Below, piece by piece: positions 8,982 through 17,164 of a stretch of 32,000 nt of DNA (positions are counted from its first letter, which is position 1; the number at the start of each line of letters is the position of its first letter). The notes below the pieces were generated by a model, which saw only the letters and a program-made list of their open reading frames with translations, did not search any database and was not told the origin of the DNA. Origin of the DNA: Brasilonema sennae CENA114 (GTDB taxonomy: Bacteria > Cyanobacteriota > Cyanobacteriia > Cyanobacteriales > Nostocaceae). The DNA lies in the NCBI RefSeq assembly GCF_006968745.1, contig NZ_CP030118.1, positions 4,274,399 through 4,306,398 of the forward strand. The letters run 5' to 3'. The translations under genes were made by a program, and so were the position numbers.

Positions 8982-11507
8982 GTGTTTCAAGGTTCTGCTA
9001 ACTTTGTAGGCAGACAGCATGAACTTTCCCTACTGCAAGAATTGTTGCAGCAACCAGGCGCAGTGGCTATTTCTGCGGTTTCTGGTATGGGTGGTGTTGG
9101 CAAAACCGAACTCGCAACGCAATATGCACGTCAACATCAAGCGGATTACCCTGGTGGGATTTGCTGGTTAAATGCCAGAGAATCGAATCTGGCTGCAGAA
9201 ATAGTGCAGTTTGCTCAGTTGTACATGAATCTGGAAGTACCGCAGCAGGATTTGCGGGGAAGGCTGTTGAGTCTTAACGAACAGGTACACTGGTGTTGGC
9301 AGCACTGGCAACCAACAGAAGGACTCGCGTTGGTGGTGTTGGATGATATCATAGATTTGGGGAGTTGTCGAGAGTTCCTGCCAACGGCTCATCGCTTCCG
9401 TGTGTTGATGACAACACGGTTGCGAAATCTAGATTCTAATATTGAGGAGATATCTCTGGATGTGCTGTCACCAGAAGAAGCTTTGCAATTGTTGACAAAG
9501 CTGGTGGGTGAAAGACGAGTGCAAAAGGAAGAGGAAACAGCGAAACTCTTGTGTGAATGGCTGGGATATCTTCCTTTGGGTTTGGAATTGGTGGGGCGAT
9601 ATTTGGCTAAAAAACCTCCTCATTGGACTTTAGCTAAGATGTTGCAACGGCTGAAACAGCAGCGACTCCAAGATGAAGCGATAAACCGCCATCAAAAGCA
9701 ATTGCAACAAACCCTGAGTACAGCACAGCTTGGGGTTCTGGCTGCATTTGAATTAAGTTGGCTGGAACTTGCTGCTACGACACAGCGTGTCGGTGAGTTA
9801 TTAAGCTTATTTGCACCGGATATTTTTGCTTGGGAATGGGTAGAGTCTGCAACTTCTCGGCTGAATTGGGATGCAAGTGAAGTTGAAACAGCAGTTGGGC
9901 AACTTTACGAGCGTCATTTGATTCAATGGGTGGAAGATAAAAGTGGAGATTTCGATGATTCCTACAAAATTCATCCCTTAATTCGGGAGTTTTTGAAACT
10001 CAAGCGAGCAGCATCTGAACAAGTTGATGAGTTGAAACAGGACTTACGCACGAACAACATAACTACTGTCATTGCGAGCGAAGGGAAGCAATCTCAACCC
10101 GCTCTTTTTCGTAGCGCGTGCGTAAGTCCTATGAAACGCGCTTTTGCAGAAACTTTTATCGCGATTGCTAAGACAATCCCCTATTCGCCAACCCGTCGTG
10201 ATATTGAATCCGTCAAAGATGCTATTCCACATTTAGCAGAAGTGGCACAAAATCTGACTGATGCAGTCAGTGATGAAAATTTACCTTGGGTTTTTACTGG
10301 CTTGGGTAGATTTTATGAAGGACAGGGTTTGTATGCGCTGGCTCAACCTTGGTTAGAGCAATGTGTATCAGTCGTACAATCCCGTTTGGGAGAAGAGCAT
10401 CCCGATGTCGCCGCCAGTTACAACAACTTGGCTCTCCTCTACTATTTCCAAGGACGGTACACTAATGCTGAACCACTCTACATCAAAGCTTTGGAACTAA
10501 GACAACGCTTGCTAGGAGAAGAGCATCCCGATGTCGCCAACAGTTACAACAACTTGGCTGAACTCTACCGTTCCCAAGGACGGTACACTGAAGCTGAACC
10601 TCTGTACATCAATGCATTGGAACTAAGGCTACGCCTGCTAGGAGAAGAGCATCCCGATATCGCCTTAAGTTACAACAACTTGGCTCTCCTCTACTATTCG
10701 CAAGGACGGTACACTGATGCAGAGCCACTTTTAATCAAAGCATTGGAACTAAGGCTACGCCTACTGGGACAAGAGCACCCTGATGTCGCCGCTAGTTACA
10801 ACAACTTGGCAGCACTCTACGATTCCCAAGGAAGGTACATTGAAGCAGAGCCACTCTACATCAAAGCTTTGGAACTGTTGCAACGCCTGCTGGGAGATGA
10901 GCATCCATATGTCGCCGCCAGTTACAACAACTTGGCATTTCTCTACGATTCCCAAAGACGGTACACTGAAGCTGAACCTCTCTACATCAAAGCATTGGAA
11001 CTAAGACGACGCCTGCTGGGAGATGAGCACCCTGATGTCGCCTTAAGTTTCAACAACTTGGCAGCACTCTACAAATCCCAAGGACGGTACACCCAAGCAG
11101 AACCACTTTTAATCAAAGCATTGGAACTATACCAACGCCTCCTAGGAGAAGAGCATCCCGATGTCGCCACCAGTTACAACAACTTGGCAGCACTCTACGA
11201 TTCCCAAGGACGGTACACAGAAGCTGAACCACTCTACATCAAAGCTTTGGAACTAAGGCAACGCCTGCTAGGAGATGAGCATCCCTCTGTCGCCACCAGT
11301 TACAACAACTTGGCTACACTCTACAAATCCCTTGGACGGTACACTGAAGCAGAACCTCTCTACATCAAAGCATTGGAAATTGCTGAACGTAGCTTAGGAG
11401 TCAATCATCCCAACACAATCACTTTCCGTAAAAATTTGCAACTCTTACGCGATAATCGCCAGTCTTATAACAGTGAACACTTCGACAAGCTCAGTGCATC
11501 GCAGTGA
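8982..11507 (+). CDS. STAND NTPase of the NB-ARC type with a C-terminal TPR array (bacterial NLR-like protein)
   Basis: NB-ARC motifs are present: Walker A GMGGVGKTELA, Walker B ALVVLDDI, RNBS-B-like VLMTTR and GLPL-like GYLPLGLELVG. Eight or more 42-aa TPR units follow. The only start candidate is a GTG at 8982 with no obvious Shine-Dalgarno sequence. There is no ATG before the P-loop. Confidence 0.88.
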   Translation: MFQGSANFVGRQHELSLLQELLQQPGAVAISAVSGMGGVGKTELATQYARQHQADYPGGICWLNARESNLAAEIVQFAQLYMNLEVPQQDLRGRLLSLNEQVHWCWQHWQPTEGLALVVLDDIIDLGSCREFLPTAHRFRVLMTTRLRNLDSNIEEISLDVLSPEEALQLLTKLVGERRVQKEEETAKLLCEWLGYLPLGLELVGRYLAKKPPHWTLAKMLQRLKQQRLQDEAINRHQKQLQQTLSTAQLGVLAAFELSWLELAATTQRVGELLSLFAPDIFAWEWVESATSRLNWDASEVETAVGQLYERHLIQWVEDKSGDFDDSYKIHPLIREFLKLKRAASEQVDELKQDLRTNNITTVIASEGKQSQPALFRSACVSPMKRAFAETFIAIAKTIPYSPTRRDIESVKDAIPHLAEVAQNLTDAVSDENLPWVFTGLGRFYEGQGLYALAQPWLEQCVSVVQSRLGEEHPDVAASYNNLALLYYFQGRYTNAEPLYIKALELRQRLLGEEHPDVANSYNNLAELYRSQGRYTEAEPLYINALELRLRLLGEEHPDIALSYNNLALLYYSQGRYTDAEPLLIKALELRLRLLGQEHPDVAASYNNLAALYDSQGRYIEAEPLYIKALELLQRLLGDEHPYVAASYNNLAFLYDSQRRYTEAEPLYIKALELRRRLLGDEHPDVALSFNNLAALYKSQGRYTQAEPLLIKALELYQRLLGEEHPDVATSYNNLAALYDSQGRYTEAEPLYIKALELRQRLLGDEHPSVATSYNNLATLYKSLGRYTEAEPLYIKALEIAERSLGVNHPNTITFRKNLQLLRDNRQSYNSEHFDKLSASQ
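10040..10129. mobile_element. 90-bp miniature inverted-repeat insertion, in frame, inside the NB-ARC/TPR gene
   Basis: Perfect 13-bp terminal inverted repeats: ggacttacgcacg (10040-10052) and cgtgcgtaagtcc (10117-10129). The length of 90 bp equals 30 codons. The interior contains cattgcgagcgaagggaagcaatctca, which I recall as a recurrent Nostoc-type small repeat. Confidence 0.7.
10389..11396 (+). repeat. eight tandem 126-bp coding repeats (42-aa TPR units) with very high internal identity
   Basis: The motif ggaga(a/t)gagcat recurs at 10389, 10515, 10641, 10767, 10893, 11019, 11145 and 11271, and a degenerate ninth unit starts at 11397. The spacing is exactly 126 bp each time. Confidence 0.95.
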
Positions 11508-11570
11508 ACACTTCGACAAGCTCAGTGCATCGCAGTGAACAGTGAACAGTGAACTGATAACTGATAACTA
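11471..11570. repeat. 31-bp direct duplication followed by a (CAGTGAA)x3(CTGATAA)x2 array
   Basis: cagtgaacacttcgacaagctcagtgcatcg occurs at 11471-11501 and again at 11502-11532, and heptamers follow to 11570. The NLR stop codon (11505-11507) lies in the second copy. Confidence 0.9.
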
Positions 11571-11579
11571 ATAGCGGTA

Positions 11580-11996
11580 CTAGTTCCTCGCCAAAAATTC
11601 TTGAACAGTCAGAATCTCAATGCCCCGAAATGAGTTTAGCACTAGTAAATCATCATCTCCGGTAACAATACACTCTGCTTGACCACTCACTGCCAATTCC
11701 AGATACTTGTTATCTTTTGGATCTCGGCATTCCGAAATCTGTTCAGTCACATCAATAAACTGAGCGGTTTGAGTTAAATCCTCTAGCAATTCTTGCCGCC
11801 TTTCCTCGGTGAGATATCTATCAAATTTAGGACGATATAAAACCTCTCTTAACTCTGAGAAGACAGAACTGGAGAATATGAGAACACCAATATCTTGAGC
11901 TTGATCCAATGCCTGACGTGGCTTGCTTTGACTAAACAAAAATGCGCTAATCAATACGTTAGTATCAAAAACAAACCGTTGTTTATTCGTCATCAT
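11580..11996 (-). CDS. PIN-domain toxin (VapC-like ribonuclease)
   Basis: 138 aa. The acidic PIN residues are in the expected context (FVFDTNVLISA, ..ELAV.., IVTGDDDLL). It overlaps the upstream small gene by 14 nt. Confidence 0.8.
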   Translation of the reverse strand: MMTNKQRFVFDTNVLISAFLFSQSKPRQALDQAQDIGVLIFSSSVFSELREVLYRPKFDRYLTEERRQELLEDLTQTAQFIDVTEQISECRDPKDNKYLELAVSGQAECIVTGDDDLLVLNSFRGIEILTVQEFLARN

Positions 11997-12231
11997 TCAA
12001 AATCGATTCTAAAATTTCAGGCGTTAATCCTCGCTCTTGTGCTTCAAGGCTAGCTTTATCCATCGTGTTTCTTAGACGGGCGATAGCTTCTTGTCTATCA
12101 ATTGTAAATTGAGACTGCATAATTACCGCAATCTTGAGTTGCAATTGTTCACGCTCTTCTTCAGAGGCATTGCGGTATGCCTCTGCTACCTCAGACGGCA
12201 CTTTGATGGTAATTTCTTCTGTAGTAATCAT
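11983..12231 (-). CDS. cognate antitoxin of the PIN toxin
   Basis: An 82-aa acidic protein (MITTEEITIKVPSEVAEAY..). It overlaps the toxin start. I prefer the ATG at 12231 to the upstream alternative start at 12318, which would add a hydrophobic, non-protein-like leader. Confidence 0.65.
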   Translation of the reverse strand: MITTEEITIKVPSEVAEAYRNASEEEREQLQLKIAVIMQSQFTIDRQEAIARLRNTMDKASLEAQERGLTPEILESILNDDE

Positions 12232-12363
12232 AGTCTGTTCGCTTTTCTCATCTTTCAATAAGTTTCCCCGGTTTTGGGATGTACAAAAGCATACAACCAT
12301 AACCATTGAAACCACCAATTGACATCAGCAATTAGTGTTTTCGCTTCGTTTCTGGCAATGATA

Positions 12364-12942
12364 TTATCCCCAAATTTTTTGTAGATTGAGTATAAAACCA
12401 GGTAAAACATCCTCCCCTGAAAGAGTTTGAGGTAATTTTAAAACTTCCACATCTTGTTTGGGACGATAAATTTCTACTTCCTGTTTTTTTCTGTTTATCA
12501 ACCAACCCAAACGACACCCATTTTCCATATATTCTTGCATCTTATTCTGAGTTTTTTTCAAGCTGTCGTTAGGTGAAAGTATCTCAATGACAAAATCAGG
12601 ACACAGAGGAATAAATTTTTCTTTTTGTTCTTTAGTCAAAGCATCCCAACGAGATTTTTCTACCCAAGAAACATCAGGAGAACGGTCAGCACCATTTGGT
12701 AAAGTAAATCCAGTTGATGAATCAAAAACTTCGCCCCCGTGGTTTTTTTCATTCCATAATCCTACTTGAAGAATTAAATTAACATTGCTTCTCCCTGTTT
12801 CTCCTCCCGTCGGTGGCATTATAATTAATTCTCCCTGGGCATTTCGTTCTAATTTTAAATCGGAGTTTTCTTCACACAGTTGATAAAACTGCTCTCTAGT
12901 CAGTTTAATTATAGAGTTAAGGTTTAATGTAAGTGCTGTCAT
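12364..12942 (-). CDS. Uma2-family (DUF820) restriction-endonuclease-like protein
   Basis: 192 aa with ATG at 12942. It has the family pattern ..LERNAQGELIIMPP.. and PDFVIEILSPND (PD...E.L). I recall this family as highly expanded in cyanobacteria. Confidence 0.8.
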   Translation of the reverse strand: MTALTLNLNSIIKLTREQFYQLCEENSDLKLERNAQGELIIMPPTGGETGRSNVNLILQVGLWNEKNHGGEVFDSSTGFTLPNGADRSPDVSWVEKSRWDALTKEQKEKFIPLCPDFVIEILSPNDSLKKTQNKMQEYMENGCRLGWLINRKKQEVEIYRPKQDVEVLKLPQTLSGEDVLPGFILNLQKIWG

Positions 12943-13117
12943 AGGAGTATCTCTCGTTTTTGTTCGCTGAGTGAGTTACAAACCTATATCTATTTTGTCT
13001 CACACCGTATTTCTTATACTCTTATACTGTGGACGTCACCCTCAGCCATCAGGCAGAGTGGGGAAAATGTCAAGACATTAATCCTTTAAAAATGACAAGA
13101 ATTCTTTAATATTCAAA

Positions 13118-13190
13118 TGGAGCTAAGCGGATTCGAACCGCTGACCCCCTCAATGCCATTGAGGTGCTCTACCAACTGAGCTATAACCCC
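13118..13190 (-). tRNA. tRNA-Ala (anticodon GGC), CCA not encoded
   Basis: The minus strand reads GGGGTTA-TA-GCTC-AGTTGGTA-GAGC-A-CCTCA-ATGGCAT-TGAGG-GGGTC-AGCGG-TTCGAAT-CCGCT-TAGCTCC-A. This folds as a 73-nt cloverleaf by hand. It has the G3:U70 Ala identity pair and the anticodon loop aT-GGC-At. Confidence 0.93.
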
Positions 13191-13199
13191 GCAAATAAC

Positions 13200-13245
13200 A
13201 ATTCAAAATTCAAAATATGTCCTGCGGACACGCTACGCGAACAAA
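13200..13245. repeat. 46-bp dispersed repeat copy, perfect inverted partner of 14832-14877
   Basis: aattcaaaattcaaaatatgtcctgcggacacgctacgcgaacaaa is the exact reverse complement of 14832-14877. Confidence 0.95.
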
Positions 13246-13392
13246 GTTCAAAATTAAAGACCTTTTTAGTTAGGGATTTAATTTACGAGAACGCATTTGC
13301 TATTCTACTTTAACAATATCCTGTTTGTCAATATCGCTGCTCGTCAATTGTTAATGAGTGCCATGAGCCACTAGCCAATGGCAATGACTAAC

Positions 13393-13584
13393 TTAAGAGA
13401 GTTGCAGCAAGTAGGTTATACAATGCCCCATCAGGAAGTAAACCACTAACATAGCCGCTGCTGCTAGGGCAACAAGTGTACCAGCTAACATTAAAGAAAA
13501 TTCTTTGCTTTCATATGCTTTTTCCATCAAATGCAGCGACCAGGCTACTAGCGCCACATCAAAAACTAAAATTGGTATCAACAT
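13393..13584 (-). CDS. hypothetical small two-helix membrane protein
   Basis: 63-aa ORF with two hydrophobic segments and no recognisable motif. Confidence 0.35.
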   Translation of the reverse strand: MLIPILVFDVALVAWSLHLMEKAYESKEFSLMLAGTLVALAAAAMLVVYFLMGHCITYLLQLS

Positions 13585-13688
13585 ATGTCTTAAAATTATT
13601 AATTATTGTTAACTTATATTAACACTGTTTTCAAAAAATGTCTTTAACTACTCTTTGGGTTAGATTGACAAAGAGTTGCAACTTAGGC

Positions 13689-14456
13689 TTACATTCTGAC
13701 GGGAACTTGGCGATCGCGCAGATAAGTCTTGACTTCAGCTACGCTTAACTGTCCGTAATGTAAAAGTGAGGCAAGTAATGCTGCTTCTGCTTGAGCTTCT
13801 GTGAGTGCGGTATAGATATGTTCACAATTGCCTGCACCGCCAGATGCAACGACTGGAATTTGTACAGATTGAGCGATCGCCCGAGTCAACTCTATGTCAT
13901 AACCAGCTTGAGTACCATCAGCATCCATACTTGTTACTAGCAGTTCTCCAGCACCGCGTTTTTCGACTTCTTGCGCCCAAAACAGGGCATCAATACCAGT
14001 ATTTTCTCTACCACCTCGCACAAAAACATCCCAACCAGGGTGATTGGGGTCTAGTCGTCGTCTGGCATCAATTGCAACGACTATACATTGATTTCCAAAA
14101 CGGTCACTCGCTCGATTAATAAAATCTGGGTCGCGTACCGCCGTAGAATTAATACTAACCTTGTCTGCTCCAGCTCGTAAAAGATTTTTAACATTTTCTA
14201 AGGATTGGATCCCACCACCGACAGTGAGGGGAATAAAGACCTGTTCTGCAGTTCGGTACACCACGTCGATAATAGTGTCGCGGTCTTCATGAGTGGCTGT
14301 AATATCTAGAAACACTAACTCATCTGCCCCGGCATCGTTGTAAACCTTTGCCAGTTCTACTGGATCGCCTGCATCCCTCAAGTTAACAAAGTTAACTCCT
14401 TTAACAACTCGTCCTGCCTTCACATCCAGACACGGTAAGATTCTTTTAGCTAGCAT
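13689..14456 (-). CDS. hisF: imidazole glycerol phosphate synthase, cyclase subunit
   Basis: 255 aa with ATG at 14456. It carries typical HisF (beta/alpha)8 signatures: [28 protein letters not shown] and [15 protein letters not shown]. Confidence 0.95.
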   Translation of the reverse strand: MLAKRILPCLDVKAGRVVKGVNFVNLRDAGDPVELAKVYNDAGADELVFLDITATHEDRDTIIDVVYRTAEQVFIPLTVGGGIQSLENVKNLLRAGADKVSINSTAVRDPDFINRASDRFGNQCIVVAIDARRRLDPNHPGWDVFVRGGRENTGIDALFWAQEVEKRGAGELLVTSMDADGTQAGYDIELTRAIAQSVQIPVVASGGAGNCEHIYTALTEAQAEAALLASLLHYGQLSVAEVKTYLRDRQVPVRM

Positions 14457-14671
14457 GAGTAGTTTTACACTCCTGTGATAATTATCTAAAACTGAAATTT
14501 TAAATTTGCCAGAGTATTACAGAAACAACATTTTCGCACGTGAACAGGGGTTCAGGGAAATAACAGTATGAGGGAAAATGTAAAGTGTAGCTCGTGAATC
14601 TGTGTATTGTGAACTTGGATTGTGAACACTGAATACTTATCGTAAATTAAAGGGTTCGCTGACCCCTTCGT

Positions 14672-14877
14672 CTATACGTAGTACGCCAGATGCCAACTCC
14701 TGCGGATACGCTGCGCGTTCGCCTCCGGCGTGCGCTTTGCGCTTACAAGTCGGGAAACCCGCCCACGGCACCGCCTCCTCAGTTTGAGTCGGAATTTAAA
14801 TGGAAAAATGAAAGACTCTTTCATTTTGAATTTTGTTCGCGTAGCGTGTCCGCAGGACATATTTTGAATTTTGAATT
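14672..14877. repeat. cluster of GC-rich small dispersed repeats (TCCTGCGGAYACGCTRCGCG family) plus the 46-bp repeat copy
   Basis: tcctgcggatacgctgcgcgttcg lies near 14698 (+) and gttcgcgtagcgtgtccgcagga near 14838 (inverted). The same motif occurs at 13220 and twice within 31527-31555. The ORFs 14672..14860 and 14690..15010 are artefacts of this block. Confidence 0.8.
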
Positions 14878-14945
14878 CTTATTCACCCTACCGTTTTACG
14901 CTCAACACTGCAAAAGTCGTATATCCAAAATCAATAGCAGTCATT

Positions 14946-16046
14946 ATGGCGATTATCTCCTCAAAAAAACAGCCCCAAGAACCCAACAAAGAACCAAAGC
15001 AGCGGCGTGAGGTGGCGAAAGCGCCTCCTAAAGAGAATCTTTTGCAACCCGAAGCAGCTGTTGATGAAGGTAAGCAAGAAGAAAGTATACGCCCACAACG
15101 ATTTGCGGACTATATCGGACAAAAAGATTTAAAGGACGTCCTAGATATTGCCATAAAAGCAGCCAAGTCTCGGGGTGAGGTGCTAGATCATCTACTGTTG
15201 TATGGTCCTCCAGGATTGGGGAAAACCACAATGGCTATGATACTGGCGTCTGAGATGGGAGTAAATTGCAAAATTACGAGTGCGCCAGCTTTAGAACGTC
15301 CCAGAGATATTGTTGGGCTATTGGTGAATCTCAAGCCAGGAGATGTTTTGTTTATTGATGAAATTCATCGTTTGTCGCGGATGAGCGAAGAAATTTTATA
15401 CCCAGCGATGGAGGATTATCGCTTAGATATTACGATTGGTAAGGGTTCTAGCACCAAGACTCGCAGCTTACCACTATCAAAGTTTACCTTGGTTGGGGCA
15501 ACAACTCGTGCCGGGGCGTTGAGTTCACCGTTGCGCGATCGCTTTGGCTTAATTCAAAAACTGAGATTTTATGAAGTTGATGAACTGAGTAAAATTGTCT
15601 TACGCAGCGCTCAATTACTCCAAACGAATATCACTGACGATGGTGCCGCAGAAGTTGCCCGTCGTTCGCGGGGAACACCACGTATTGCTAATAGATTACT
15701 AAAACGAGTCCGTGATTATGCGCAAGTCAAATCATTCAATGAGGTGAATGAACAAGTTGCAGCAGAAGCATTGCAACTATTTCAAGTTGATCCTTGCGGT
15801 TTAGATTGGACAGACCGTCGGATGTTGAGTGTGATTATTGAACAGTTTAATGGTGGTCCGGTGGGATTGGAAACCATCGCTGCAGCAACGGGTGAGGATA
15901 CACAAACTATTGAGGAAGTGTATGAACCATATCTGATGCAGATTGGCTATTTAAGCCGGACGACCCGTGGTAGAGTGGCGACACCCACAGCTTACAAGCA
16001 TTTAGGTTTTAAACCTCCAAATGAACAGTTGTCATTATTGCCGTAA
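14946..16046 (+). CDS. ruvB: Holliday junction branch-migration helicase RuvB
   Basis: Walker [10 protein letters not shown], Walker [11 protein letters not shown] and sensor region [18 protein letters not shown] prefer the ATG at 14946 (MAIISSKK..). The track start (TTG at 14871) lies inside the 46-bp repeat. Confidence 0.93.
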   Translation: MAIISSKKQPQEPNKEPKQRREVAKAPPKENLLQPEAAVDEGKQEESIRPQRFADYIGQKDLKDVLDIAIKAAKSRGEVLDHLLLYGPPGLGKTTMAMILASEMGVNCKITSAPALERPRDIVGLLVNLKPGDVLFIDEIHRLSRMSEEILYPAMEDYRLDITIGKGSSTKTRSLPLSKFTLVGATTRAGALSSPLRDRFGLIQKLRFYEVDELSKIVLRSAQLLQTNITDDGAAEVARRSRGTPRIANRLLKRVRDYAQVKSFNEVNEQVAAEALQLFQVDPCGLDWTDRRMLSVIIEQFNGGPVGLETIAAATGEDTQTIEEVYEPYLMQIGYLSRTTRGRVATPTAYKHLGFKPPNEQLSLLP

Positions 16047-16090
16047 ATTTGATCAACACTTCCAGTGATAATGAGTTTTGAATTTGGAAC

Positions 16091-16120
16091 CGCAGATGGA
16101 CGCAGAGAAACGCAGATGAT
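16091..16120. repeat. three tandem decamers (cgcagatgga cgcagagaaa cgcagatgat)
   Basis: Read directly. It lies just upstream of, and overlapping, the preferred start of the TPR gene. Confidence 0.8.
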
Positions 16121-16922
16121 GAGACTAATTATTATTTTTCTAAGTCTGTTGCTGGTGTTTGGGTGGGGTGAGGTTGCCATAGCAGAAACAAAATCCCCCA
16201 ATTTCACTGCAGAACAGTTACAGCAAGGCGATGAGTTAGCGAATAAGGCAATTGCCGCTACTAATAAAGGTGATTTTGGCACGGCGGAACGGTACTGGAC
16301 GCAAATTCTTGAGCAATTTCCCGATAATCCAGCGGTTTGGAGTAATCGAGGAAATTCTAGGGTTAGTCAAAATAAGTTGCAAGAAGCACTCGCAGATTAT
16401 AATAAGGCGGTAGAATTAGCTCCGAATGTAACTGACCCCTACTTGAATCGTGGTACGGCGTTGGAAGGTCTGGGAAAATGGGATGAGGCGATCGCAGATT
16501 ATAATCACGTTCTAGAACTTGACCCCAAAGATGCAATGGCATATAACAATCGAGGAAATGCCTATGCTGGTTTGAGGAAGTGGCAAGAGGCGATCGCCGA
16601 CTACAAAAAATCCAACGAAATTGCCCCGAATTTTGCCTTTGCCCGTGCGAACTATGTTCTTGCCCTTTATGAAACTGGTAAAGTAGACGAAGCAATTCGG
16701 GAAATGCGGAACATTCTCCGTAAATATCCTAACTTTGCAGATGTACGTGCTGCTATTACTGCAGCCTACTGGCAAAAGGGAAAACAAGGTGAAGCGGAGA
16801 GTAACTGGGTGTCAGCAGTTGGACTGGATGCGCGTTACAAGGATATCGACTGGGTGACGAATGTTCGGCGATGGCCTCCTAGTATGGTGACGGCTTTGGA
16901 TAAATTTTTGACACTCAAGTAA
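16116..16922 (+). CDS. TPR repeat protein with an N-terminal signal/anchor
   Basis: MMRLIIIFLSLLLVFGWGEVAIA is followed by TPR units (W.NRGN.., AIADYN..L.L.P). I prefer the ATG at 16116 to the upstream alternative start at 16065, which would begin within the decamer repeat. Confidence 0.8.
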   Translation: MMRLIIIFLSLLLVFGWGEVAIAETKSPNFTAEQLQQGDELANKAIAATNKGDFGTAERYWTQILEQFPDNPAVWSNRGNSRVSQNKLQEALADYNKAVELAPNVTDPYLNRGTALEGLGKWDEAIADYNHVLELDPKDAMAYNNRGNAYAGLRKWQEAIADYKKSNEIAPNFAFARANYVLALYETGKVDEAIREMRNILRKYPNFADVRAAITAAYWQKGKQGEAESNWVSAVGLDARYKDIDWVTNVRRWPPSMVTALDKFLTLK

Positions 16923-17020
16923 GATATATGTTTGGCAGAGGGCGTTTAAAGCAAAAGTAGGTTAATTTTGCAAGCCTTCTGTCAAAAAATTACGATTTAT
17001 TTACATTTGTCCGCTATAGA

Positions 17021-17055
17021 ATTAAGTGCATAAGTTGATTTTATTTGCACTTAAT
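17021..17055. promoter_or_regulatory. 10-bp perfect inverted repeat with a 15-nt spacer upstream of the SDR gene (operator or terminator candidate)
   Basis: attaagtgca (17021-17030) and tgcacttaat (17046-17055). It lies about 100 nt after the TPR stop and about 110 nt before the SDR start. Confidence 0.3.
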
Positions 17056-17164
17056 AAATAGATAAGGGGTTTTGACTTTAAGCGTCACAAATAAGCGTGC
17101 GTTCATTAAAGATGGCAGGAATTTCAGTGCAACGACTATTTCACAGTAGCAATACTTAGGTATT

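Noticed and set aside
14672-15010. ORFs 14672..14860 (-) and 14690..15010 (+), and the long TTG-initiated version of ruvB from 14871
   Set aside because: All run through GC-rich dispersed repeats and the 46-bp repeat copy. The translations are Arg/Ala/Pro-rich repeat artefacts. RuvB has a normal ATG at 14946.
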